From Lama glama (Eukaryota), in contig CM052832.1 in assembly GCA_028534125.1 (NCBI GenBank), forward strand, positions 16,618,001 to 16,682,000: DNA of 64,000 bases, given 5' to 3'. Made by a program: the position numbers and the translations under genes. The first letter of the stretch is position 1. The number at the start of each line of letters is the position of its first letter. Below the pieces are notes generated by a model that worked only from the letters and a program-made list of their open reading frames with translations, had not been told where the DNA came from and made no database searches. This document shows, one piece after another, positions 52,044 to 64,000 of this stretch.

Positions 52044-52997
52044 TGCCAGATAAGCTTTGACAGATGTCTATTTACCTGTGTAACCAGTAGCCCAGCCAAC
52101 ATATAAGACATTTCTATCATCCAGAAAGTTCCCCCTTCCTAAAAATTCTCATCTCAGTGTTCTGCTCTCTGTCACTGTAGACGAGATTTGTCTTTTCTTG
52201 AATTTCATAACAAATAGAATCATACGCTAGGTCCTCTTTTGTGTTTGGCTTCTATACAGCTCTTTAAAACTGTTTTGTTAATAGTATTGCAAAATGTATG
52301 TAAACAGCCTTGGTCCTGTTAAGAAGGCTCTGGCAAAGGCCCAGCCTAAGAGAACCATAGCAAGTGCCAAGTTGTGGAAACAAAGAGGAGTGATTCATTT
52401 GCAGTGAGGGAGAATCAGAATCAGCAGAATGCATGTCATGAACACGTTGCACCAGACCCTTGACAAGGCCGTGGCTTTCAGCAAGAGCACGGCGCTGACA
52501 CACAGGCTTTGTGTCCCTGTTCTGAGTGTGGTTTTGCAGGGGCTGCTGAGAGCCTGGATCCTGGTAGGGCAGGCCTGGCTAGCCTGTGCAGAAACTGGGA
52601 GCATGTTCTTCCTGCCCAGGAGGGCTGCTGGGGCTGTGAGCCCACAGGAGAGAAAGGTGGTGACTTACACCTGACTTCCCAGTGAGGAGCCGAGCCCAGA
52701 CTAGACCTGAGCAGCCAAGGAATGTGGCCACTCCTGGGGGAAGCCCTAGAAGCCCCATTAGCAAGACATTCTTTACTTTACATCTGGGTGATGGCTCCCC
52801 TGAGCCCTCTTCATTATGTAACATGTACCTGTTAAGTCCAGCACCTGCCTTCTCCTATCTTCCCTGATTCCATTCTTCCATCAGCCTGGAGGCCTCCAGG
52901 GAATGAGGACAGAATGAGGAGGAAACTGGGACAGATATAAAGTCTCTGGACTTCACTCTAGGGTTATGAGAGTCGGAAGAACAGAAGGAAGAGGGGC

Positions 52998-53104
52998 CTT
53001 TTTTTTTTTCCCCCTTTTTTGTTGATGGAGGTGCTGGGGATTAAACCTAAGACTTCCTGTATACGAAGCATGTGCTGTACCACTGAACTTTACCCACCAC
53101 CCCC
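52998..53104 (-). mobile_element. Vic-1-type SINE (diverged)
   Basis: Reverse head and T-run; ggaagaggg on both flanks. Confidence 0.75.
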
Positions 53105-53393
53105 TGGAAGAGGGCTCTTAATGATATAAGGAACCTCTATTTACAGTGATATACAAACACACTCCCAGTCTGGCTCTCACGTATATTAGGCACAATTATT
53201 TAATAATTTATTCACAGCTGCAGCCTCCTTTTCCTGGTTTGGAAAAACCAAACGGGAAGGCAGACAGTCAGAGACTGAAGGAGAGCTGGGAGAAGCAGCC
53301 CTAGAGGCAGGACGGGGTGACACTCAGGTCCCCAGTCCCTCAGGCCAGCTCCCCACACCCACTGGATGGTGATGCTTCTGCCTTCAGGGATGC

Positions 53394-53570
53394 TCAGGAC
53401 CACTCGTGTCTCCCAGTCAGCTCCATGGCTGCAGGAAGAAACAGGTCTCCTCTGAAATCAGTTACAGTTGCCCTCGACCCTTCTGGGACTTCATAAGAGC
53501 CATGAGGGTATGGCCATGGTGGTGGTGCGAGATCTACGCTGAAGAGGTTTCTTAGGCTCAGAGAGTTTCT
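53394..53570 (-). CDS. MUC21-like mucin, last exon (epiglycanin-type cytoplasmic tail)
   Basis: Acceptor CCTTTTGTTTTCTAG|AGA, phase 0. Encodes RNSLSLRNLFSVDLAPPPWPYPHGSYEVPEGSRATVTDFRGDLFLPAAMELTGRHEWS*; both ends match recalled MUC21 RNSLSLRNTF...AMEMSGR. AATAAA at 53207-53212. Confidence 0.75.
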   Translation of the reverse strand, partial: RNSLSLRNLFSVDLAPPPWPYPHGSYEVPEGSRATVTDFRGDLFLPAAMELTGRHEWS

Positions 53571-53890
53571 CTAGAAAACAAAAGGCTGAATAGTTTCAGA
53601 GCTTTGCCCCTTCTTCCAGTGCTCTCCAGTCTCAAGCACCCTCTTCCTGCCAGCTCTCCCCACCTCGTTATTTCTTTTGACCCCTTTTTCCCCTCAGCAG
53701 TTCCATCTGAATATGTCTTGGCTTTTCTGACCCTCTGTCTTGCTGGCTATAACCTGGGGTTTCTGTGTCTTCCCTGATTTTTCATCCCTGTTACTCCCAC
53801 AGTGGCCCTGCTCTCTCTAGCCTAGTTCCTTCCTCACTTCCCTGCTCTCTTTCCCTTAGGAGAAGAGTTTCCTATACATCAGGCACTCAC

Positions 53891-54162
53891 AAAATGGAAG
53901 AGGAGTCCAGTGAGGAGAGTCACCGCCATTGCAACCGAGGCCAGAGTGACCAGGACGACTTCCCCAGGCCTCAGGTATCCTTTAGCGTTTTCCTCTTTCC
54001 TTGGTGGGGCAGGACTTGTGCTGGTGCCATTGGAGGTTGTAGCTGTTGTATTAGTTCCACGGGGTGGTGTGTTTGGTCCAGGGGAGGTGACTGTGGTGGT
54101 CCTGCTGGATGGTGTGGTTGATTCAAGAGAGACGGCTGTTGTGCTAGCATTAGAAGTGACAG
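53891..54162 (-). CDS. MUC21-like mucin, Ser/Thr-rich plus transmembrane exon
   Basis: CTAAC branch site and CCTTTTTTAATAAG|CT acceptor (phase 1). Encodes AVTSNASTTAVSLESTTPSSRTTTVTSPGPNTPPRGTNTTATTSNGTSTSPAPPRKEENAKGYLRPGEVVLVTLASVAMAVTLLTGLLFHF, donor TTT|GTGAGT at 53890. Confidence 0.7.
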
Positions 54163-54244
54163 CTTATTAAAAAAGGATGGCTGGTTAGTTCCATTAGAAA
54201 TTGTGCTTGGTTCTGCAACTACCACTCCTGCTGTCAACAACAAT

Positions 54245-54480
54245 AATAGCTATCACTTATTGAATGCTGACGATGTTCCGGGCGTTGTGCTAAGTGCCAC
54301 AGAAGACTTAGTACTTCAAATACTCATAATACCTTCGTGAGATAGGAACTGCTATTACCCCCATTTTACAGATAGGGAAATTGAGGTTTAGAGAAGTTAA
54401 ACAACTAGTCCCAGGTTAGACAGCTAGCAGGACACAGAACAGGGATTTAAACCAAGGCAGCCGGACGCTAGAGGCAGCCC
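54245..54480 (+). mobile_element. MIR SINE
   Basis: CCCCATTTTACAGATAGGGAAATTGAGGTTTAGAGAAGTTAAACAACT core. Confidence 0.75.
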
Positions 54481-55663
54481 TTAACTCATATTCTGGTCTG
54501 TAGCCTAGGTCGCATAACCTGGGGAGTCACGTGATCTCCGGGGTCACAGGTGTTATTCCTTCTCTATTTGTGATGCTCTCCAGATAAAGAATATAAAAGA
54601 GATGGTTGCAGGGTCCATGTGTGTATATTGAGCTCCTCTCCAGATGAACTATACCCTTCTTCTAGGGGAGACATAATCAAGGGGAAGTGTGGGAGGGGGA
54701 ATAATGCGCATTTTTACTACTATCAGGTAATTATTATGCACACAAAAGTTTGGGACCCCACGCAGCCTTGGCCCCTGGCCTGGCAGAGAACTAGCCACAT
54801 GAGCTGGAGGAGGTGAGATCTCCCAGGGTTCCTGGAAGGGACCCAACCTCCTTGGTTAGTGAGTTAGAGTTAAGGTGAGGCCCGTGCTTTTCCCGTCTGC
54901 CTCATGCCTATTTTCTACCCTGTTCTGATTTTCCATCCCAGTAAACAACCCAGCTCTTGGCCTCCCGGGTGCCTAAATACCCTCACGTCATCCATGGTCC
55001 TGTGCTTCTGCTGGGTTTTCTTCCCCTTACTCTATGCATGTGTTCCTTTCTTAGTGTTGTCTGGACTGACATAAAGATTGCAAGTTTAGATTTAGGGGAA
55101 GAATCCAAAAACTTCCAACGAATGCCTCTGATTAGGGTTAGGGTCAGGGTCAAGAGGGAAACTAAGTGAGATGAGAAACTGGCCTGTGGAGAGGGGATAG
55201 ATTTGTTGTGTGTTGTTCAGGGGCATAAAACAAAGGAATCAAAGCCATGTGGGGCAAATTCTGGAAAGAATTTAAGTTATTCAAGGATAGAACAGCACAC
55301 CCCCTGACAATTTTAGTTAGAGGCTAGGTGACCGCCGTCAGAGATGCTGGAAATGGACCCCTGCCTACTGTGGGTGATCAGACATTAACTTTAAGTTTCC
55401 TTTCAACTCGAATGCATCTCAATCGGAGACTGATTTATTACAAAGGAAATAGGCCAGACTTCCAGGTAGAAGAGTTGTTACTGGGACCAGAATGAAGAAC
55501 AAATGCTAGGTTGGACTGAAGAGAGTAGAGCAAAATATTGGTCCTTGCTCTTTGGTGAGAATGAGAGCTAACAGGACAGAGTGTGCAACCCAGGATTGGT
55601 CAACATTTCTCCCACACTCTCCTCAAATTTCAAGACTATCCTCTTCGAAACAAAAACACTCAC

Positions 55664-55730
55664 CATTTCCTAAAAGTAGTAGAAGGTGAAACCACAGCCA
55701 ACAAGCAAAGAAAGATGTTTTTCTTTTCAT
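55664..55730 (-). CDS. MUC21/MUC22-like mucin, signal-peptide exon
   Basis: MKRKTSFFACWLWFHLLLLLGN plus G (67 nt, phase 1), donor AATG|GTGAGT; upstream acceptor (T-rich)CTAG| gives an exon start at 55784. Confidence 0.75.
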
Positions 55731-55889
55731 CTTGAGATACTCTGCCTGCCAAGCCTGGAAGGGACTCCCAGATGTGACTAAGGCCTAGAAAGGAAAGAAA
55801 AAAAAAGGTCTTGAGAAAGAAGAGTCCCAAGGTGGAGATCTGAGGCCAGAGGGCTAGGAGTTTGGGTCTCCAAAGAATGGGTCTTTCAC

Positions 55890-56011
55890 CTGAAGAACAA
55901 CACCAGGAGAGGGTCCGGGGGCTGCAGACTGGGAAGGCTGGATGCCTGGTCCCTTGGGATCCCTGCACAGAATGACACCTCATTCTTTCTCTTTCAAAGA
56001 AGGCCTTTATA
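55890..56011 (-). promoter_or_regulatory. TATA box and putative non-coding first exon of the MUC21-like gene
   Basis: Minus-strand TATAAA at 56006-56011; donor CAG|GTGAAA at 55889 would give a 105-nt intron to the 55785 acceptor. Confidence 0.5.
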
Positions 56012-56654
56012 GCGTCATCTGGGCTGGGCAGGGGCTGGACATGTGACCTGTCATTCTTCCAGCTGTGGGCAGGTAACAGAATACCTGAACTCAGAGAGGA
56101 GGGGTACAGAGGCCGGGAGGTACAGAAGAGTGCAGAATGACGTGGTCCCATTAGGCATGGCCTGGGGAGGAGCAGGAAGTAGGACAGGCCAAGGGGATCA
56201 AGTTGTCAAAGTGAAGGGGACTCACCCTCTGAGGCAGAGATGGGGCTAAAAACCTGTTCTAGCTCAAGACCTTGTTTCCTGGAAGGGAAATCCTGAGTAA
56301 CCGGGATACTGGGCAGGTGCAGGGCGGGTGAGAAGGAAGCCCCAATACACAGAGCTTAGTGGGAAGGACACATAAAGTGAGACTCAGTATGAATGGGAAC
56401 TGGGGGCCGGACCTCTGGGCGCTGGTGAGCATGCGTAGGTACACATCTTGAATGAGGGGGGAAGAGAGGCTCAGGGACAGACTCTGGGATCTCTGGGGCA
56501 TAGGAGGTGGGGGTGGGGAGACTGGGGCTTGGGCTGTTGAGATGAGACCAGTGGTGTACTGGTGTCAATGTGTGCCTATTTGCAAGGAGTCCAAGTTGTT
56601 CAGTTTTCAGGATTTTTTGCAACACAGCCATCATTAAAAATTAAATTATATTAA

Positions 56655-56812
56655 AATAAACAAGCTACAAGGATATATGGTACAACACAGGGAATATAGC
56701 CAATATTTTAAAATAACTATAAATGGAGTATAATCTTTTAAAATTATAAATCACTATGTTGTACACCTGCAGCTTATATAATATTGTACATCAACTATAC
56801 CACAATAAAAAT
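56655..56812 (+). mobile_element. L1 3' end fragment
   Basis: ACAACACAGGGAATATAGCCAATATTTTA...TCACTATGTTGTACACCTG...ATCAACTATAC...AATAAAA. Confidence 0.7.
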
Positions 56813-58356
56813 TAAATCATATCATCTTACAGTGAACTAAATTATATTAAAAACAAAGGTAAAAATACTCAAAACTCATCACTTTCTGATAACTATAATC
56901 TATGCTCATGAAGTTATGTGCATCTACTGTGTCTGTCCGGTGGAAATAGTAATATAATGGTGTGTAATATAATAGTGTGTTGCACATCTCTTTCCAACTT
57001 CGTGTTTAGTGAAGTCTACTTAATCTCCATTGGTATCTCATTGACTTGCTACAAGCTGGACCTGCTGAAATACCCTATACCTAGAATGGAACACACACCA
57101 TTAAAAGAGGGGAGAAGGTGGGGGTCCTGGTCTAGGATATTCCACCTTCAATCCGTCTCCTCATGCCTGGCTGCCTCCCCCAGCCAACATGTGTGATGTG
57201 CACACCAGGTCACATTCCTAAAGCCTCCAGCCTCCCTCTCCTAAAAGTCAGATAGGCGTGTTCTGTCTTCCACTGGGACAATCATTTGGCCACCATCTTT
57301 TCCCCTCCATTGGCCCGGAGGACATTATAGCACACAGAGAAGCCTTTACTAAATTCACCCATCTAACCTTAAACGATAGCTAGCAAAGGCTGCCTTTGCT
57401 GAACTCTGAAACGTCTCTAATGAGAAAAGCTGTTCTCCAAAATAGGACGGCCATTATTCAAACAGCATGTTAAGTGTTCATACCTGATAAGTCTGCTAAT
57501 GTGTCATCTGTATTAAATCACATGAGAACACAAGTGAACGCTCTGAGTGATCCAACCCCCAGCCTAGGGAACTTCACAAATCAGTGGTTCAGATCATGGG
57601 TCTCTTGGTGGAAAAAGTTGTCCTAGATTTTGGGGATCATTATCTTAATCTATGTTTTCTCTTGCGTATGCCTAGATTGTTCCTGTGACATCTGCCTCCA
57701 ATGCAGCCAGATACCTCCCAAACGAGCCATCTCCGTGCTAGTGAAACCCCTTGCTGATCACTTAGGACACACTGCAGAAGCAAGGTGGTTGGTGCATAAG
57801 ATTATAAGAGCCGGCCATGAGGTGGCAAGATGTCAGAGGAGGTCATCAAGGAGATGTGACCTGGGTTTGACTCACGAGCTGGCCCTGGGTAATTGGAGGC
57901 TCCTCCTGCCCTCCCCTGTCCTTGGGATAGTTGAGCGACTCCTACACATTGGACAACCAAGAAAGTACCCACCTAAAAACGGATAGGAAAGGCTGAGACA
58001 ACACTCACTGTATAACCCCCCGTTCCAGCACAGTACCTTACAGTTGGGAGGGAACACCCAGCTCCCAGCTTCTCCTTGAGGAGTAAAGAGTTTAGCCCAC
58101 ACATCCAGTGCCCCAACTTTTAAGGCTGCCACCAGAGGGATGGGCCTCCAGATTGCTTAGCTCTGAAAGCCAATGGGGCTTCCATTCAAGAATCCCACAA
58201 GACTAGCAAACAAGGGAGCAGTTGTTAAATGGATGTGCAAGCACTTCCTACACCTGTTCTTCCAGGCTCAGGCAGTGGGAGCAGGCGCAAATACCTATCT
58301 CCCGCTTACTGCCTGGAAGGAGTTTGTCTCCCAGCTTCTGCTTGAGGATACAGCTT

Positions 58357-58494
58357 CTTTATTTATTTATTTGGCAGAGGAGTTAATTAGGTTTACTTAT
58401 TTATTTCTTGATTGGAGTTACTGAGGATTGAACCCAGGACGTTGGGCATGCTAAGCAGGCTCTCTACAACTAAGCTATACCCGCCCCACCCCCC
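58357..58494 (-). mobile_element. Vic-1-type SINE
   Basis: Reverse head and tail; TSD cttg(a/g)ggatacagcttct. Confidence 0.85.
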
Positions 58495-59567
58495 ACTTGG
58501 GGATACAGCTTCTAATCAGCCTAAATATGGGAACTGACTGGGATCCTCCAAGGAGCCTGCTCTCATCCCAGCTGGTCACTAGGAACCTATATTGGCATCC
58601 AACAACCCCAAGACAAGGGCTACTACTGTCCCCATTTTATAAATGAGGAACCTGAGTCATGAAGAAGTCGGGTAACTTGGCCAAACTCACAAAGCTAGTA
58701 AGTGATAGAGTCAGGAATAAACAGGCCAGCTTCAGAGCCTGTGCTCTTCACTGTTAGAGTGGGTGTCATGCAAATAGGGCTTCAAGTCTGGCTGGCCCCC
58801 TTCCTAGCTTCTTCCAACCATATTGGCTCTGCCCAACCCATCTTATGTAGAAATTCCAGAGCCATCACTGCTGGAAAGTACCTAGAATATAAGATTGCAG
58901 AAGCTCAGCCACGTGGAGTTTAAAAAACAAATGAAATAGTCATCAGAAGGCACTGATTAGGGGAGTTTATGAATTAGAAGCAGGTTGCCTGAGTGAATTG
59001 ATGGGTCAGAGGTTATTTTTTGAGTGCCTGTTTGGAGAGTCAGTTCTGTTGATTGAAGGAAAGAGCACATGAGGGGCTGAAGGCTTAGCGCTTTTGTTCA
59101 TTTTAGAGGGTAAGAGATTAGTTTATCACAGGGTTAAGAATTTCAGGAGCCAAACACTCAGGGAAAGTAGACAATTTGTAAACATTCAGCATAGATTTGA
59201 AATTCATCCTGCTGAAAGTTTTATTTGAGCAGTGCCTGAGTTCCAGCTTCTCACTGCCGTGTCCTGACTCAGGTCTTGAACCTGCCTGGACAGGAGATCT
59301 GCTTTCTCTTTCTGCTTTTAGTTTATTCTCAATTCAAGTGGACTTCTCGTCATTACAAGGAACCTCAAAACTACCTCCCTATAGGGCATATCGTTTATCA
59401 GAAAATGAATAAGACTAAAAGAAACAATATTTTCTGTGAAATACAGACCTATATGGTCTATGCTTATGACCCATCTTCCTATAAGCTGCTCACACCACCT
59501 CTCCCAGTAGTCATCCTTGGATGTGGGGCTAGAGCTCTCTCATGAAATTGCTTAGACGTCAAGTATC

Positions 59568-60277
59568 TTTTTTTAAAATTGTTTTTATTGGAGTATAGTT
59601 GGTTTATAGTTGTGTTAATTTCTGGTGTTCAGCATAGTGACTCAGTTATACATATGTATACATTCCTTTTCATATTCTTTTTCATTATAGGCTATTACAA
59701 GTTATTGAATATAGTTCCCTGTGCTATATAATAGGACTTTGCTATTTATCTATTATATATAACAGTCAGTATCTGCAAATCCCAAACTCCCATTTATCCC
59801 TCCAACACCCCTCCTTCCTCCTGGTAACTACAAGTTTTTTTGTTGTTTTTTTTTTGTCTGTGAGTTTGTTTCTGTTTGTAAATAAGTTCATTTGTGTCAT
59901 TTTTAAAGATTCCACATGTAAGTGATATCATATGGTATTTTTCTTTCCCATTCTGGCTTATTTCACTTAGTATGACAATCTCCAGTTCCATCCATGTTGC
60001 TGCAAATGGCATTATTTTATTCTTTTTATGGCTGAGTAGTATTCCACTGTATATACGTACCACAAGTTCTTTACCCAATCAACTGTCAATGGACATTTAA
60101 GTTGCCTCCATGTCTTGGCTATTGTAAATAGTGCATCTATGAGTGTTGGGTGCATGTATTTTTTCGAATGAGAGTTTCATCTGGATATAACCCAGGAGTG
60201 GGATTGCTGAATCATATGGTAAGTCTATTTTTAGTTTTTTGAGGAATCTCCATACTGTTTTCCGTAGTGGCTGCATC
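59568..60277 (-). mobile_element. L1 3' end (ORF2 C-terminus plus 3' UTR)
   Basis: ORFs with KKNKIMPFAATWMELEIVILSEISQ and WRFLKKLKIDLPYDSAIPLLG; tcaa(g/a)tatctt on both flanks. Confidence 0.9.
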
Positions 60278-63200
60278 ATCAAATATCTTGAACCACCATT
60301 TGTGTAGAAATGTCTTTATGTGCTTGAGCAATGGTCTTCAATTTTTCCTTTCATATCCTCTGAAAAAGAATTTTGAAAAACTATATTCCCTCATCTGCTT
60401 ATGTTTAATCTAATGTTTAAACCAAAAAGTTAATAATTGCAAAGAATGCACTATCTACTGTCTTGAATATATAAACATTGAAATAAAACAGTTTTACTAC
60501 TCTTTAAAATGTTTTAACTAGACTCTAATCATTGCAGCACCTAAATATTCACCATTATCCTTTTAAATAACACAATAAGCAAGTTCTTCCTCAACAATCC
60601 AGGGTTTTTCATAGTTCCTTCAGCTCTGTGAACATTTTTCTTCCCCCACATTATTCTACTGTAATATGTTTTGCTTGCATGATTCTTGCTGATCACCCTA
60701 CTATGCCTTCCTGTACCACAAGATATGTTTACAAACTTAAACTTTTTCCTGTGTCTTGTCAGACTCTAAGTGTTAAGTTTCTCAGTCCTCAATAACCTTT
60801 TGGTGAAAAGTAAATGAAAATTTTTTCCTATGCAATGTTTTTCTCCATCCCCTGCAACTCTGCAATGTTTTCCTCTGTTTTCAAGAAAATGTGAAACATC
60901 AACCTACCCAATATAAAAAATAAAAACAAAATTTATAGCGTGCTACCAAATGCAGGACTATTCTAAGGGCTTCCCAGCAACCTCGTGAAGTGGGTACTAT
61001 TATTGCCTTCATTTTTACAGATGAACACACTGAGACCCAGGAGAGTTAAGGAATTTGTGCAAGGTCACACTGAGCTTAGATTTGAAACCAGAAATTCTGA
61101 TTCTTCAATCTGTGCTCTTAGCTGACATGTTGTATAGTTTCTCTATCTTCCTTTCACCTTAAGAGGTAGCATTAATCAGCTGGAAGTAAACACGGAACGC
61201 ATAGCATCTTTCTCCTTGAAGTCATGCAAACTATCCAACTGTACTCTAGACAAAGAAACTCTTGAATGGAACACTCTTTCTTCTTATGGAGAATGATGTA
61301 CAAGCCAGGGAAGTGGGCTTCAGAGTAAGTTGCTGTTTCCCAGCAAATCTTTACAAATCCTGAATATCCTGGAACAGGCAGACAGATGAGGTGGGTTGCC
61401 CTGCTGTAGGGTTTTCGCCATGGTTAAATAAAGCACTGTCACCCTTATTACTTCTCACTGATGCTGTGTTTGCTCTCCTTTCATGAAATGCTACCTCAGG
61501 AGGGATGCATTCTTTGACAGGGGATGGAAGAGAAGAAATTGTCAAACAGAAATCTGTATTACTCCTGCTACTTCACTCTATGATATAGCTGAATAAGTAA
61601 CATCTTAACGTGTACCAAAATTCCCAGTTTGTTACACTTCACTTAGCCCCTAACAGGATTTATGTGAGGCAAAGGAAAACATGAAGCCCTACTCTGGTAT
61701 ACGATGCCTAAATTAGAAGGGATTTTGAGTTATTTCTTTACTTGCACCCTGGAATTTTCTGCACCCTAGGGAAGTGCACCATAATAATATAGGAGCTAGA
61801 AAGTAAAAAGTGGGTGGCTATAGAAGGAAATCTAAAAAATTACAACTAGCTGATGCTCTGCAGGAAAAGAAATATACATGGAAGTTGAAGACTTGGAAAA
61901 TGATACCTGTAAGACATCCCATACCTGCATAATACTCTTTAGAAAGTCTTCCTGTACCTCCAAGAGTTTGGGCAGATTCCATTTAAAGATTAGACCAACA
62001 GTGCAAAGGCACTTAACTCTGTCCAATTCCTAGACTTCTGCTTGGGTCAAATATGCTTGGTGGGCTGGGGCTTTGTTGGGTTAAAAATGCTTTGTCCAAG
62101 TAAGCGGATCTCATGATGAAAGTTGAGTAATGATGCTTCCTAACTCTGCATACACGCTCTAGTTGCTGGGAGTAGCGAGATGTTTACAGCGTAACCATGT
62201 GAATTAACCATAAGCTGAATTGCTCACCATGGTTTCCTCCCTTTTCATCTCCCTCTATCTCAAAGTGCCATTGCTTTGAGTCATTTGCTGTTTACCTTTG
62301 GAAATCAAACATTTTATTTACACAATATACCTAGTAATAATATTTTTACAACTTACTGAGATATTTATATACCATATAGTTTACCTGCTTAAAATAGATA
62401 AGTTAACAGGTTTTAGTATATTTACAGAGCTCTCATTAGTGAGTGCTTGCAATTTGCAGACTAAAATCTTTCTTCTCTTCTGTCCTTTTACTTTCTCTGG
62501 TCCATCTCTTCCTTGTTTCTGCTTTGAACCTTACTACTTGCATGTTCGTCCTTCTGAATCTATCCTTCAAGTGTCTTCTATTGTCTGGGTGATTTTCATC
62601 TCTGATTTGTTGTATCTAATTGAGCAACTTTCCCCACTTGCTCTTCCAGATTACTAATTTTATTTTCAACCAGCCTCTTTGAATTTGTCTATTACAGTTT
62701 TAACCTTGAAAAAATGCATGTTTTACAGTTTTTAATTATCTAAATGGATTCCCTTGCCTGATGTCATTCATTTTCACCTTTTTCACATTCTGCTTTCCAC
62801 AGTTCACACCAGTGGGAGGCAACATTCTAGGGGGTTCAACTCAACTTATTCTGGTTGCTGGACCCTTTAGGTAAGCTGATGGTGGTGGTGATGGTGGGCC
62901 TGCATATGGCTCAGCCTGGCCTCACTGATTGGGATCAATCGTCTGGTTTGCTGACATTTGAGAAGCTCAATGAGTGGTAGAAGGCAGAGCAGTTTCCATT
63001 GCTGTGGGTTGGGATGGACACACCAACAAAGTGCTAATTCTCTCCTGAGGGCTCCATCCCAGGTGGGAGCCCTCTTACTGCCTCTTGGATTCAGAGCAGC
63101 CCAGCCTTTCAAAGCAGCTCCCCTCTGTCCTCCAAGACCTGTAGGTTCAGGGAGGCTTCTAGCCTAGACCGTGAAAGGAGTATGTGCAGCCCTTCCAGGA

Positions 63201-64000
63201 GAGAAATTCATGAGCAGCTCAGGCTTTACCCCAGGTGTCTCTGCCATGAGCCTCTGGAAAAGTTAGATCTTAGCAAGCCAGGAAGTCTTTCCCTTGATAA
63301 AAGAGGAAGTGCTTTCTCTCTGCTTCCGAGAGAAAACTATCAACTAGCACCTTTATTCTGACAAGTAGCCCAGGTCTGGAGCTTTTGTAGATGCCCTGGA
63401 AGCTGTGACTGTGAGTGACCACACCCCACCCCACAGCACACCTCCACCTGTCATGCTCTGGGTTCTCTGTGTGCTACCATGTGATCTCTTTGTTCTATAG
63501 GCCTATTCCATGAGCCCCGCTGGGATCCTGGCACCTGCCCTCCCTTCTCATCTCTCCCAATTCAATTCTCTTGTCTGTCTGGGTGAGTCTTGGGGACACC
63601 GGGTTCCTGCTTGGGACAAGAAGGATTAGAAAAAGGGGACAGATATAAATGACATCTCTCAGGTTTACTGTGGAGATTCTGAATGACAGGTGGACTCCAG
63701 CATGAAGTTCTCTTATACCACTGGGAAATTCAGCTCGGCGCTGCAGACACCCACTCATGTGCACACACAGGTGTTCTCTGGGATATAGTTTGTATGTGTT
63801 TATTTCTTAATTGTTGTTAAATGACCAACAGAGTCTCCTCTTTCCAGTGTCTGGTAAAAGCAAGAGAGAGGGAGGAAGTGTCTTCCCCAAGGCTGGCAGA
63901 GACCCAAACAAAGCTGCAAAGGGGACTCCTGGGGACAAATGAAAGGACACTCAGATCTCTGGTTCCCCAGGTCAACTTTCTCTGTAAAGAATGTGGCCCT

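Overview
Mammalian genomic DNA from the MHC class I PSORS1/mucin interval. The species is almost certainly a camelid (alpaca, llama or camel), judged from about 16 copies of the tRNA-Ala-derived Vic-1-type SINE. The + strand carries the 3' end of PSORS1C2, an intact 2-exon CDSN (about 501 aa) and an intact 2-exon C6orf15 (about 314 aa). Past an orphan CpG island (about 34.4-35.3 kb) and a 500-N gap, the - strand carries two small mucin genes that the ORF track shows only in part. (1) An HCG22/PBMUCL2 ortholog with 14 x 11-aa TTEDxTTADPG repeats. Unlike the short secreted human protein as I recall it, it continues in frame into a MUC21/MUC22-type transmembrane helix and a cytoplasmic-tail exon (about 273 aa). 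(2) A miniature, repeat-less MUC21/MUC22-family gene (about 171 aa) whose tail exon looks scrambled by three mutually compensating frameshifts. Also present: an unidentified retrocopy in CDSN intron 1, a 3'-truncated 7SK retrocopy with a SINE at the same L1 target site, and LTR, L1, MIR and DNA-transposon relics. All comparisons to human proteins are from memory, not alignments, and exon structures are inferred from splice signals only.
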